A stretch of 64,000 nt of DNA. Source: Squalus acanthias. Its lineage: Eukaryota. Position 1 is the first letter of the stretch. Every line of letters starts with the position of its first letter. The stretch is taken from contig CM059431.1 of the NCBI GenBank assembly GCA_030390025.1, forward strand, positions 125,056,001-125,120,000, written 5' to 3'. This document shows, piece by piece, positions 40,650 through 53,073 of the stretch. The notes under the pieces are model-generated. The model was given only the letters and a program-made list of their open reading frames with translations. It did not search any database and was not told the origin of the DNA. A program made the position numbers and the translations under genes.

Positions 40650-41474
40650 GCTGATCTGATAGATGCCAGGTAAAGTAGAGATCAGAGAGCCAATCCCTCA
40701 ATGTTCTAATCGTGACTAGCAATGTGGTGAGAGTGGCTTCCGAGGTTGCAGCAATCATCTGCAAACTCCTGCCAGCTGAACCTCTGCACAAAATGGAGTC
40801 AGCAAGAACCTTTCCATTAGGCAAGGAAGCAGGTGTAATGTGTGCATATTTATGTGTTTTTCCCAGCTGTCACTTAATGGACTCGCAAAATGGCCACTGA
40901 GCTTCCGCCTGCCCTTCACAGGAGAGCTTCCCGAGGTGCGTGAATCCCATGATCAAGAAGTTAAAGCTAAATCCTGGTGTTAAAAACCCCCTTAAAGGTC
41001 TCTCAACAAGCATTTAAGTACTTCAATGAGGTTGCCCACCTCTCCCGAGCGGGTCCGCGGCACGCTGGGAAACACGCCCGAGTTAAATGCGAAAGTCAGC
41101 GGGATGACGGCGGTTTTCCGACGCACTGGCAATTTCCGTGAATTTCCTGCTGACCCGCCCCCGAACCGGCATGCTCGGCTCTGGGGAAATTCCAGCCATT
41201 AACTCTGTTTCTCTCTCCACAGATGCTGCCTGACCTGCTGAGTATTTCTAGCATTTTCTCTTTTTATTTCTTGTAAGTACGGAATTCTTTTCAGAAAATT
41301 GTGTTTCAAAAGGATTATTGCCTCAATAACCTACTATGAATTTAGCAACAAGCCAGAAATCTAACCTCCAAATTTGAATCAGAACTGAAAGTTAGAATTG
41401 ACGCAAATGTAGATCCCCAATTTCTATGGAGTTGATATTGTTATGGATAGATAGTAAGGACTTACTATGTGTTA

Positions 41475-41915
41475 GCCATTGCTCAGTGGTAGCGATCTTG
41501 CCTTTGAATCAGAAGGCTGTGGGTTCATAGTCCCATTCCAGAGACTTCAGCATATAATCTAGGCTGACACCCCAGTGCAGTGCTGAGGGCGTGCTGCACT
41601 GCTATAGGTGCCATCTTTCAGATGAAATATTAAACCAAGGTCCTGTCTGCCCTCTCAGGTGGATGTAAACGATCCCATGGTACTATTTTGATAAAGAGCA
41701 AGGGAGTTCTCCCCAGTGTGCTGGCCAAATTTTATCCCTCAACCAACACATAAAAACAAATTATCTGGTCATTATCACATTGCTGTTTGTGCGACCTTTC
41801 TGTGCGTATTGTTGGCTGCCACATTTCTTATATTACATGAGTGACTTACTTCAAAAAAGCATTTTGGGGCATCCTGAGGTTGTGAAAGACACTATATAGA
41901 TGCAAGTCTTTCTTT
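41475..41915 (+). mobile_element. Deu-domain SINE, near full length
   Basis: A-box TGCTCAGTGG, B-box-like GGTTCATAGTCC, Deu core and (CTTT)n tail. Confidence 0.82.
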
Positions 41916-42771
41916 CTAAAATAAATATTAGTGCTTTTTACAGAAAGCTGAAGGAGGATGCCTGACCAAGCAATTAAGTTGCAATTGGATGGAAAACTGA
42001 ATAATTTTTAAAATGCCCTTCAAATGCAGTGAAAAAGGCTGCTTCATTTTCAACATTGATTCAAAAAGGATAGGAAATAAACCCAGTAATTTCACCACCA
42101 AGCCTTTAATTATTGATTTTATCCAAATGAGCGGCAAACCATTTCTGCCAGTGGGGGTCCTGTCAAGACAATTGTCTCCTATTATTATTGGCATTATAAT
42201 TCCTGTTACTGACATTAAATAATTAGAAAATAATTTGTTAGCAATTCAGGCAGACTGGAGAACCCAATTACAGTATTGCTTTAAAAGTGTGACTGATCCT
42301 TTGGAAATCTGTTGTGTTTGAATCTCTAACTCTTTGGAGATCAAAAAAAAACAGTTTTTCCCAATCAATGTAGTTAAATTTGAATGGAACGAACACATGC
42401 TGATATATTAGTCTTTAATGAGTTTCAATTAAAAGTCCACCAGGGGATCCATGTAGCAGCCTTCCTAGGGTATTGATCTAAATTGTCTCTATTGCCCCAG
42501 TTATATTAAACTAAGAAGTACAATATCAGCTGCATGTTTAACAGTTATGTAGATGGATAATCATGTTTCTTGAGATTTCAATGTGAAGGACCAGGTCTCC
42601 TAGTGCAGGGCACAACCAAGTTGATGTCTAGCTTGAGTTTGTAGGGAAATATTGTAGGGAAATAATAGGAAACTTCTCCAGTTTTGAGGTACTGGGAAAT
42701 AATACGTTAAGCAGACTGTGAAATTAATCTTGTAAAGCCTCCCTCACCACTAACCTCCAACCTTTCTCCCC

Positions 42772-43465
42772 TGTAAGACGTGCGGAATTACCCCTCGCCC
42801 CGTCCAACAGGTTATCGAGTTCGGACTTGAGACTTATGAGAAATTACACCAGACACACGGGTTCTGTCTTTAACCTTTTATTGTTCCCAAGACAGATTTA
42901 AAACCCCAACCACTATACAAGCAGTTCACCAATAATGTTACAGCAAATCATACATACAACCACCCGCCGATGATCGGTCCAGCGTTGATTGTAGGTCCTC
43001 GTAAGCGAAAAGACTGGCCAGGCCCCTTCTTCTGACTGAAGCCTGATCCTCGTAGGCGCGATGACTGGCCAAACCACTTTCTTCCAACTGCAGTGCTGAT
43101 ATTCTTTAGCCACTGTGTTTTATACAGTTTTCCTTGCCTTTTGCAGTAAACCAATCATTCGGAGACAGTGAAATGTTCCTTTAATGTTCGACCTGAGCTG
43201 TTTGAGCAGTCAAACGTTCACATTAACACATCCTGTGTGGCTATCCATTAGATGTCTTTATTAAAGCCCAAAACTGTTCATTCACTCCTAAAGTTTACAA
43301 AAGTGTCAGAAAACCATTTGGTTGCGGTTCATGGGTTACGTCGAATTCTGCATTTCAAAACTTCAAAGGTTTGACTCCTCCCCTTTAACCTCCGAAAAGT
43401 CATTAGAGACACGATATCTGCAAAATCTAAGGATTTTTTTTTAATCTCTGTTGTCTATGACTACC
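42772..43465 (-). mobile_element. Candidate solo LTR
   Basis: Starts TGTAAG; minus-strand AATAAA (about 42877-42882) and TATAAAA (about 43118-43124); internal direct repeat of about 26 bp. The right end is not clean. Confidence 0.4.
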
Positions 43466-45177
43466 CCAAGTAATCACAACCATGTTTCCTGCCTTATCAG
43501 TGAAAGATTGCTTGTTACTTTCACCAATTTTATTTCACTTTGAAAAATCTTTTTGCCTGGCAAAGCATTTAAAGAAATATTAAAAATTAAGGGTACTTTC
43601 TACCCTCTCCATCTCAACCTGTATTTTCTCTGTATATTCCATCATTACTACTATGGTTGTTGCTTCTCCTAACTTTCCACTCATTTTGCTTATATACTCC
43701 AAATACAGTGCTCGACATCCTCTTTCTCCTCCCTGCATTCTCACTGTGTTGAAACCAAGAAACAGACTTGACTCAACTCAATACATCACTCCATGTACTT
43801 GCAGCAAACAGGTTTGAACCATGACTGGACCAGCAGTGCCTTTCTGGCATCAAGGAGTTTTAGATCAATGGCATTTAATCTGAGTGTAACCAAGTGCTAC
43901 AGTCTTTATCACAGTGAAAGCAGTAAGTGGAATGAAATGGCTGCATCTTCTTTAGGATTGATCTTATCTGAACACATCAATGCGATAACCTACTAAATAC
44001 CCTATGAAACATTTGTACCTGTAAAAAGATGATCAAAAATATTTTTAAGGAATGACATCAGGGAACGGTAGCGTAGTGGTAATGTCACTGGGCTAGTAAT
44101 CCAGAGGCCTGGACTAATGATCCCACCACGGCAGCTGGGGAATTTAAATTCAGTTAATTAAATAAATCCGGAATAATTACTAGTATCAGAAATGGTAACC
44201 ATGAAACTATTGGATTGTCATCAAGGAGTTTTAGATCAATGGCATTTAAAAACCCATCTGGTTCACTAATGTCCTTTAGGGAAGGAAATCTGCCGATCCT
44301 TATCTGGTCTGGCCTATATGTGACTCCAGACCCACAGCAATGTGGTTGACTCTTAACTGCCCTCTGAAATGGCCGAGCAAGTCACTCAGTTGTAATAAAC
44401 CGCTACGAAAAACAATAAAAAGAATGAAACCGGACGGTACGCCCGGCATCGACCTCGGCACCGGCTACGGACACGGCAACGGCACACCCAGCCCAGTCGA
44501 CCCTGCAAAGTCCTCCTCACCAACATCTGTGCCAAAATTGGGAGAGCTGTCCCACAGACTAGTCAAGCAACAGCCTGACATAGTCATACTCACAGAATCA
44601 TACCTTTCAGCCAATGTCCCAAATTCCGCCATCACCATCCCTGGGTATGTCCTGTCCCACCGGCAGGACAGACCCACCAGTGGTGGCGGCACAGTGGTAT
44701 ACAGTCGGGAAGGAGTGGCCCTGGGAGTCCTCAACATTGACTCTGGACCCCATGAAGTCTCATGGCTTCAGGTCAAGCATGGGCAAGGAAACCTCCTGCT
44801 GATTATCACCTACCGCCCTCCCTCAGCTGATGAATCAGTACTCCTCCATGTTGAAAACCACTTGGAAGAAGCACTGAGAGTAGCAAGGGCACAGAATGTA
44901 CTCTGGGTGGGGGACTTCAATGTCCATCACCAAGAGTGGCTTGGTAGCACCACTACTGACCGAGCTGGCCGAGTCCTAGAGGGCATAACTGCCAGTCTGG
45001 GCCTGCGACAGGTGGTGAGAGAACCAACATGAGGGAAAAACTACTTGACCTCGTCCTCACCAATCTACCTGTCGCAGATGCATCTGTCCATGACAACATT
45101 GGTAGCAGTGACCACCGCACAGTCATTGTGGAGACGAAGTCCCGTCTTCAAACTGAGGACACCCTCTATTATGATGA

Positions 45178-45397
45178 TAGCAAAATACTGCGGATGCTGG
45201 AAATCAGAAATAACAACAGAAAACGCTGGAAAAACTCAGCAGGCCAGGCAACATCCGTGGAGAGAGAAAGAGAGTTAACGTTTCAGGTCGAAACCCTTCG
45301 TCGGAACTGAGAGAGCAAGAAATAAACAGATAAAAATGCAAGGGGGAGGCTGGGGGGAGGAATAAAAGAACAAAAGGGATGGTCTTTAGTGAGTAGA
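45178..45397 (-). mobile_element. Penelope-like terminal fragment inserted in LINE D
   Basis: Flanked by GACACCCTCTAT (45158-45169 and 45398-45409); homologous to 53728-53920. Confidence 0.85.
45273..45308 (-). ncRNA. Minimal hammerhead motif (CCGACGA core variant)
   Basis: Minus strand reads agtt-CCGACGA-a-gggt(ttcg)acct-GAAA-cg-TT-aact. Confidence 0.6.
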
Positions 45398-48300
45398 GAC
45401 ACCCTCTATCATGTTGTGAGGCACTACCACCGGGCTAAATGGGATAGATTCAGAACTGATCTAGCAGCTCAAAACTGGCCATCCATGAGGCGCTGTGGGC
45501 CATCAGCAGCAGCAGAATTTTATTTCACCACAATCTGTAACCTCATGGCTCAGCATATCCCTCATTCTACCATTACCATCAAGCCATGGGACCAACCCTG
45601 GTTCAATAAGGAGTGTAGAAGAGCATGCCAGGAGCAGCACCAGGCGTACCTAAAAATGAGGTGCCAACCTGGGGAAGCTGCAACACAGGACTACATGCAT
45701 GCTAAAAAGCGGAAGCAGCATGCTATAGACAGGGCTAAGCGATCCCACAATCAATGGATCAGATCAAAGCTCTGCAGTCCTGCCACATCCAGTCGTGAAT
45801 AGTTGTGGACCATTAAACTACTAACGGGAGGAGGAGGCTCCATGAATATCCCCATCCTCAATGATGGTGAAGCCCAGCACGTGAATGCAAAAGACAAGGC
45901 TAAAGCGTTTGCAACCATCTTAAGCCAGAAGTGCTGAGTGGATGATCCATATTGCCTCCTCCTGAGGTCCCCACCATCACATAAGCCAGTCTTCAGCCAA
46001 TTCGATTCACTCCATGTGATATCAAGAAACAGCTGAGCGCATTGGATACAGCAAAGGCTATGGGGCCCCAACAACATCCCGGCTATCGTGCTGAAGACTT
46101 GTGCTCCAGAACTAGCCACGCCTTTAGCCAAGCTGTTCCAGTACAGCTACAACACTGGTATCTATCCGACAATGTGGACACCTGCCCAGGTATGTCCTGT
46201 CCACAAAAAGCAGGAGAAATCCAAACCGGCCAATTATCGCCCCATCAGTCTACTCTCAATCAACAGCAAAGTGATGGAAGGTGTCATCGACAGTGCTATC
46301 AAGTGGCACTTGCTCACCAATAACCTGATCACTGATGCCCAGTTTGGGTTCTGCCAAGACCACTCGGCTGCCAAGCTCTTTACAGCCTTTGTCCAAACAT
46401 GAACAAAGGAGCTGAATTCCAGAGGAGAGGTGAGAGTGACTACCCTTGACACCAAGGCAGCATTTGACCGAGTGTGGCATGATGGAGCACTAATAAAACT
46501 GAAATCAATGGAAATCGGGGGGAAAACTCTCCACTGGCTGGAGTCATACCTAGCACGAAGGAAGATGGTTGTGGTGGTTGAAGGTCAATCATCACAGCCG
46601 CAGGACATCACTGCAGGAGTTCCTCAGGGCAGTGTCCTAGGCCCAACCATCTTCAGCTGCTTCATCAATGACCTTCCTTCCAACATAAGGTCAGAAATGG
46701 GGATGTTCGCTGCTGACTGCACAGTGTTCAGTGCCATTCACAACTCCTCAGATAATGAAGCAGTCCATGCTCGCATGCAACAAGACCTGGACGACATTCA
46801 GGCTTAGGCTGATAAGTGGCAGGTAACATTCGCGCCACAGAAGTGCCAGGCAATGACTGTCTCCAACAAGCGAGAGTCTAACCACTGCCCCTTGACATTC
46901 AATGGCATTACCATCGCCAAATCCCCCACCATCAACATCCTGGGGGTCACCATTGACCAGATGCTTAACTGGACCAGCCATATAAATACTGTGGCAACAA
47001 GAGCCGGTCAGAGGCTAGTTATTCTGTGATGAGTGTCTCACCTCCTGACTCCCCAAAGCCTTTCTACCATCTGCAAGGCACAAGTCAGGAGTGTGATGGA
47101 ATACTCTCCACTTGCCTGGATGAGTGCAGCTCCAACAACACTCAAGAAGCTCAACACCATCCAGGACAAAGCAGCCTGCTTTATTGGCACCCCATCTACC
47201 ACCTTAAACATTCACTCCCTCCACCACCGGCGTACCGTGGCTGCAGTGTGTACCATCTACAAGATGCACTGCAGCAACTCGCTAAGGCTTCTTCAGCAGC
47301 ACCTCCCAAACCCGCGACCTCTTCCACCTAGAAGGACAAGGGCAGCAGGCACATGGGAGCACCACCACCTCCAAGTTCCCCTCAAGTCACACATCATCCT
47401 GACTTAGAAGTATATCGCCGATCCTTCATCGTCGCTGGGTCAAAATCCTGGAACTCCCTCCCTAACAGCACTGTGGGAGTACCTTCACCAGATGGACTGC
47501 AGTGATTCAAGAAGGCGGCTCACCACCACATTCTCAAGGGCAATTAGGGTTGGGAAATAAATGCTGGCCTTGCCAGTGACACCCAGATCGCATAAACAAA
47601 TTTAAAAAACATCAGGGACCTGTCTCTGCAAAAATTACTACATAAATCCAAGTGAAGCATATGCTTACACGAATTAAAAGTCAAAAATACTACACATCTC
47701 TCAAATGTACTTTATTTTAAAACAATAATATTATAATTTTAAATATACATTAATGCACTCACACTCTCCAGAGGACTTTGTATTTTTAAATAGTGATAAT
47801 AAAAAGGTTTTAAATGAAAGATAAAGGCACAAAAATTCAAAAAAGAAATCTTAGCCAGCATACATAAGGCAGGATTGTTTTGCAAGATTTTTTTTTAAAG
47901 AAAGCAACTATTCCGTGTTTTAATGATTTATTCTGAATTTTCTCAGCCTTGTATTACTGTAATATAGAGAAATATAGGGTCTATTATTGTATATTTTCCG
48001 CCACTGGATATTTCAGTTTTTGATTTGCATGCTGGACCAAACGATAAGCTATGAGAAAAGATGGATTTGCTGTTATAATAATGACTGCACATTACAATTT
48101 GTCATGAGGCACTTTGTGATGTCTTGAGGACATGATAAGGATTCTTATAAATGCGAGTTCTTTTTCTAGCATGGATAGATGTCTATTTCGCTATGCAATG
48201 TATAATTCTGTGGGTAGTAATGGGTTTATATCTTTATTGTTTAGATCAGTGCAGTACTGTGCAGACAGCAAAGCCAGTATTGTGATGGGTCAGGACAGGA

Positions 48301-48699
48301 AATGGGGTGGAGATCCGTTACGGCAGATCCCAGTCTATTTTGTTGCCCACCCAGTTTCCCACCAATTAGTTCCAGCCAGCGCCAGAAGCCCTCATCCTGA
48401 AATGGGCAGGCATATTCAAATGAGATGGTAATGACACGGTGATGCCACATGTCCCATTTTTCATCATTACTGCCTCTTTATTGGTCAGTGCACTTTATAA
48501 AACTGTTAAGTGGCAATGCAACGGTGGGTTTAAGGGGTCCAACGGCTTTTAGGAATTAATTCTTAATAAATTTGATTCCCAGATGTTTTTTGAAAGTTCT
48601 TATCGCTCTTGAGCTGCTGAAAATGGTTCCACTTTTGTGCCTTATCCAAAGAACTGACAATGGGTTTTCCATTGGAAATTCTCCAGTATCTTCCTTTTT

Positions 48700-49055
48700 T
48701 GGAGGAAGAAAAGAGCAGGAATGGAGGGAGGGCAGACAGGTCAGGCATCACAGGAAGTGTATGGAACCCATTTGCCAGTTCCCTCACTCTGGAGTATAAA
48801 GACTAAAGCTGCAATTATTACAGAGTGGAAGGATTCTCCAGTTTCCAAGGAATCATAGATTGCACCCATGTGGCCATACAAGCTCTCTTGCTCAATCCCA
48901 TCACCTACAACAACCGGAACAAATTCCACTCTTTGAATGTCCAGCTTGTTTGTGACGAGGATGTGAATGCTCGGTTTCCTGACTGCTGCCACAATGTATT
49001 TATTTTAGGGCAGTCCACTTTGCCTGCACTGTTTGACCCAAACAGGGACATCTTG
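48700..49055 (+). pseudogene. Harbinger transposase fragment
   Basis: FQGIIDCTHV...[11 protein letters not shown]...ARFP in ORF 48825-49058. Confidence 0.8.
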
Positions 49056-49489
49056 TGAGATCAAAGCTAGTGTATTATCTGTCAGAGAAATTTGTGCAAT
49101 GTGATATGGGAGACCTCCTCTTGGCTACCATATTTGCCACTGCATCAACAATCATGTCTGCATCTTTCTTCTCAACACAAAGATGCCATGATCTACAAAC
49201 ACTTTCCTTGTGTGCACCTAGTAATATGGCTCCTATTCATGCCACTTCATCACTGTCACTTCCAAACCTTGCCAAAACCAATGTCTGCATGCATAGCACC
49301 TTTAGTGCAACCTTAAATTTACTGAAAACCTAGAATATTTGTCTGCCCAGTGTGTCTTTCCACCAGTTTCCCCTTGTTTCCTGTGTGTGATGTATGATTA
49401 CTTAAACCTAACCTAGTACTCCTCCTAGATGTTACTTGAATGGTAGGAACAGGTGACGCGGATGGCTCTTATTTTGTCCACAAGGTCAA

Positions 49490-49730
49490 TAGATTTTTCC
49501 CATAAGATCATTAAACTTTTTTTGGCACTGAGTTGCCACCTGTGAGGTGATGGAGTACGTACTAACTCCCCTGGATAGCCAATTCTACTGTACCTGGGCA
49601 GTATCTTTTGAGAAGCATTTCCCTCTGAGGAGCTTCTCTCAATAGTCCCAAACAAGCCATCACTACTCTCCCTTGTTTGGACCAGTAGCACTTCCATTGT
49701 CGCCTCTGAAAACCTGGCAGTTCTGTGCTC
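49490..49730 (-). pseudogene. Harbinger Myb/SANT exon-1 remnant, convergent on the 48700 transposase fragment
   Basis: Minus-strand frame reads RTARFSEATMEVLL..., similar to APRFDEASLQALL. Confidence 0.5.
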
Positions 49731-49770
49731 TGCAGTTGACCTCTCAGATTTATAATCAAACTACCAAAAA

Positions 49771-49900
49771 CCTGACGAAAGGTCATCAACCTGAAACGTT
49801 AACTCTGTTTCTCTCTTCACAGATGCTGCCTGACCTATTGAGTATCTCCAGCATTTTCTGTTTTTATTTCAGATTTCCAGCATCTGCAGTATTTTCTTTT
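49771..49900 (+). mobile_element. Penelope-like terminal fragment beginning at the hammerhead core
   Basis: CTGACGAAAGGTCATCAACCTGAAACGTTAACT..., the reverse complement of 53728-53830. Confidence 0.8.
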
Positions 49901-50177
49901 TGTACCAAAAACCTCTTTTCAATATTGATGCCTGGCCATTTAAACTACTGCTAAAATTTAAATTCTGTAGCAGTACACCATTTCCTGCCTCCAAATGAGC
50001 AAGCTGCTAATCAGAGGCATTGATAATGTGGGGGCCCACCCTGAATAGTCAAATTAGGCTGACCCCAGACAATGTGCAGGGTCAGTCAAGAGGGTGCAAG
50101 CCCTGCCCTAGTACCAGTGATGATCACATTGAAGAGGAATATCCAGGTTCAAGTGTCTTAAGCCATTGAATAATATT

Positions 50178-50923
50178 GGGGCAGAAATTCGGCTGTTGTC
50201 GGGTGAGTACGCACTGTGTACTCACCCGTGGATGGAACGAAAGTGCCGGTTTCTTGCATGCACTGCGCATGCACGGGAAACCGGCACTTCCGTTCCCCTG
50301 AGGAAAGGGGTTCAGAGATCGAACGCGCACGCCGGAGGGCCAGCGCGTTCGCCTCGCACTTCGGATTTTTTTACAGGTTCCTCCGTGAGGGTAAGCACGG
50401 AGAAGATACACTTTTAAAAAGGATGCGCAAGGCCTTCTTTTAACAAGGTAAATGTTGATTTTATTAAAATTTAAACATTTTTTTCACAGATTTATCTTTT
50501 TTAATTACTTTAAAGAAAGGTAAGTTTAGTTTTAGCCCCGTTAAAAAATGTAATTAATTTTTTCAAAAATTTAAATTTTTGTTTAAAATAGTTAATTAAT
50601 GTAATTTATAGTTATTTTAAAAATGTGATGTAGTTTTAGGGATGTTTTGGGGCCGATCTGTATTCATAGATTTGACAGGTCTTCCTGTCAAATCTATGAA
50701 TGAAAGATGGTCTGCTGCCATTGGCTCTCCATGGCCCACGTGATCCCAGGGGACGCATCGCACTAACTACGCCCCTGGGTTACACAAGCACTGCGCGCCG
50801 GCAGCTGCAGGAGGTCCAGGAGCCGAAGTCCCCGTGGGCCCAGAGGTCAACGGCAGTCACGGTAGGTAGATGCGCGCGGGATCCTTGCACCCGCGGGAAG
50901 CCAGGGAGCCAAATTTCTGGCCC
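50178..50923. mobile_element. MITE, inverted and diverged homolog of 21197-21939
   Basis: TIR GGGGCAGAAATT / AATTTCTGGCCC; 50702-50728 is the reverse complement of 21381-21407 with one mismatch. Confidence 0.8.
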
Positions 50924-51453
50924 AATATGATTCTGATTGGATATTGTCAGATGAGGTGTGAAGATTATTACACTTTGATACACTCCTTGGCTGACCACTC
51001 TTAGCATAAAATCTGGTCAGGAGATAATTTATCTTCACTTCATTCTGAAGTTACATTGAAGCAGAAATCAGTAAATTGAGTTTTAACTGTTCTTGGCAAA
51101 TGCTCCAGAGATGCTGTAAGTATGTAAATCAATAAATGAAACCTGAAATGTTAATAAATTCATGCTAATCTGCACATTGGAAATGTTAATGTCGGATGAG
51201 AGTGTTCAAATACTGAAAGCTACTTAGTGATTGACAAGCTTTAAGGCATTTTGGACAGCTTTACAGTGATAGCTGGGAATTTATGTTTCGGTGATCAATC
51301 TCATTTTCAGTTCCTCTAGTTTAATTCATGTTATTGACAGGAAGAGAGTATGGCTGATATTTGTTAGTTTACCTAAAACAAATTGAACACAGTTAGCTTT
51401 ATAAAGAAGCCAAGATGTGATGTGACTTACTGTGCTGGTGGCAGCAGACAATA

Positions 51454-52365
51454 GGGGCAATTTCAACTGGCAGCTGCCCGTCTCTTGCCCGAAAAACAGA
51501 CGGCCACAGTCGAAAATTGGAGGGCAGCTCAGCCGCCTCATTGACACCCAAAACCTGCCTTGCCCAAATATTCAGGTGGGCCTGTAAATTGTCGAGCAGC
51601 TTGCCCACCTGTTTCCAGTGGCAGGCTGCTTAAATATGCAGATTGAGGTTGTATGAGCCCAATTGCAATTTTTGGGCACAAATGGGTGGAGCACGCGCTG
51701 TTCATTTGTACCGGGCTTTGAACAGCCTAATCAGCAGTCCTTAAACAGACAACTGAAGGCAGCTCAAAAAATGGCCGAGGAAATTTTTCCTTTTTATTTT
51801 TTGTAGGGCCAGGAGGAACAGGAATGCAGTCGGGTGTCATATTTTTATGAGCACAGTAGCAGCTCCTCCTGGGCCCATAAAAAACTTGCAACTTACTTTG
51901 AGCCTTGCGAGTCCATTTATCTCATAAAACTTCTTCCTTGTACCGATCATGTGCAATTTACTCTATCATGGACCCTACCAAAGAAAGTTCCACAAAGATT
52001 CTCCTTGTCCTCCAAAAAGTAAATTTAAAAAAATGGAAACAACCTTGTGCCCCCTTCCCCCGCCCAGCCACCACTGCCCCCACCCCCCCGCCCCGCCCCG
52101 CCCCTGCCACCCTCCCCACTCCCACCTCCTGCCCCCACATTCTCAACCTGCCAGCCAGCTCAGCATGGGAGCTGGCCAATTTCCTGCCCTCCCACAAACA
52201 GCAATCTACAGCGGGGCACCAGTTTGGTGCCCACAGCTTACTGGCAGCACCTAAATAAACCAAGCTGGAAATGATTTTGTCCTTCAGATGCTGGCTTAGG
52301 GTGGGCAGCACATTTGCTCCGCCAACTGCTCGCCCATTTCGGGCTAAAGTTGAAGATTACCCCCC
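51454..52365. mobile_element. Harbinger-type MITE
   Basis: TIR GGGGCAATTTCAACT / AGTTGAAGATTACCCC; ATA TSD (51451-51453 and 52366-52368). Confidence 0.72.
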
Positions 52366-53073
52366 ATATTTCAAGACAACATTTTAGACACTTGTCATAA
52401 AATACACATAAAGGAAAGAATCATTTCTAAGCAGCCAAGCCATTCCATTTACATTTTGTGACCATGATGACTGATGGGTCGGCATTATTAAAAGTGTGAA
52501 TCATTGCTCCAAATGCCTAAGATTATCATAGAAGAATCAAATGCCTTCAATGTTTCAAAGCTAGAAGTTCAAATACAACAAAAATATCAAACACAGTCCA
52601 TCTGGCAAAGGGCATCATGAAATTGTCAACAAGGCTAGCAAAAGTCAAATATTTATCTCAAGTGTAACAATCGTTCCTCCCCAGGGCTTAACTTCCATGA
52701 CACTTGCAATCATAAATACATAAGGGCTTATTTTGGTGAAAGGATGAAAACAGGCACTCAATGGTGTCGAGTTCACGGCACCAAAGGACAAGTTCACGGC
52801 ACCAAATGTTAAGCAACCTCCTTTCTCCTTTGGTTCACAACAACATGTTTCGAGTAAGCATGAGACTTCATAGTGGAGTATACGGAACAGACTTTACTGA
52901 TACACAGTGAAGGTGATCAGCCTTGAACTGTATACAGCGAGTGACTTTACCGGTTTCTGTATCTTTCGAGTACACTCTGACAAACTGTTGAAAACCATGC
53001 TCCATATTTTGACCACATCAAAGGAAAACATCATATTGGTGTCTCTATTTACCAAATCCTTTGAAAACAGATA

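Larger units (their letters stand above)
34035..41197. mobile_element. Structurally complete, decayed PIF/Harbinger transposon with nested insertions
   Basis: Imperfect TIR GGCAGGAATC vs GGCTGGAATT; GTT/ATT flanks; convergent Myb/SANT gene (+) and DDE transposase (-). Confidence 0.88.
33710..41270 (+). mobile_element. Penelope-like 3' terminal fragment (33710-34034 plus 41198-41270), split by a Harbinger
   Basis: The two parts join into the reverse complement of the Penelope tail beginning at 53728, and match 49771-49870. Confidence 0.8.
44065..47608 (+). mobile_element. Near full-length CR1/Zenon-like LINE, copy D: tRNA-like head, single EN+RT ORF, no ORF1
   Basis: TSD ACATCAGGGA (44055-44064 and 47609-47618). 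EN motifs DIVILTE, YRPP, GDFN and SDH; RT motifs AFDRVWH and GVPQGSVLGP; scattered stops and frameshifts. Confidence 0.93.

Noticed and set aside
44065..44130. Functional tRNA gene
   Set aside because: The T-arm/B-box is missing and the sequence lies inside a TSD-bounded retroelement.
44428..44505. HDV-like ribozyme or pseudoknot in the LINE D leader
   Set aside because: It is GC-rich with short complementary segments (TCGAC/GTCGA), but I could not assign the nested double-pseudoknot pairings by eye.
52770..52806. 16-bp direct repeat AGTTCACGGCACCAAA
   Set aside because: Only two copies with a 5-bp spacer, consistent with a simple local duplication.
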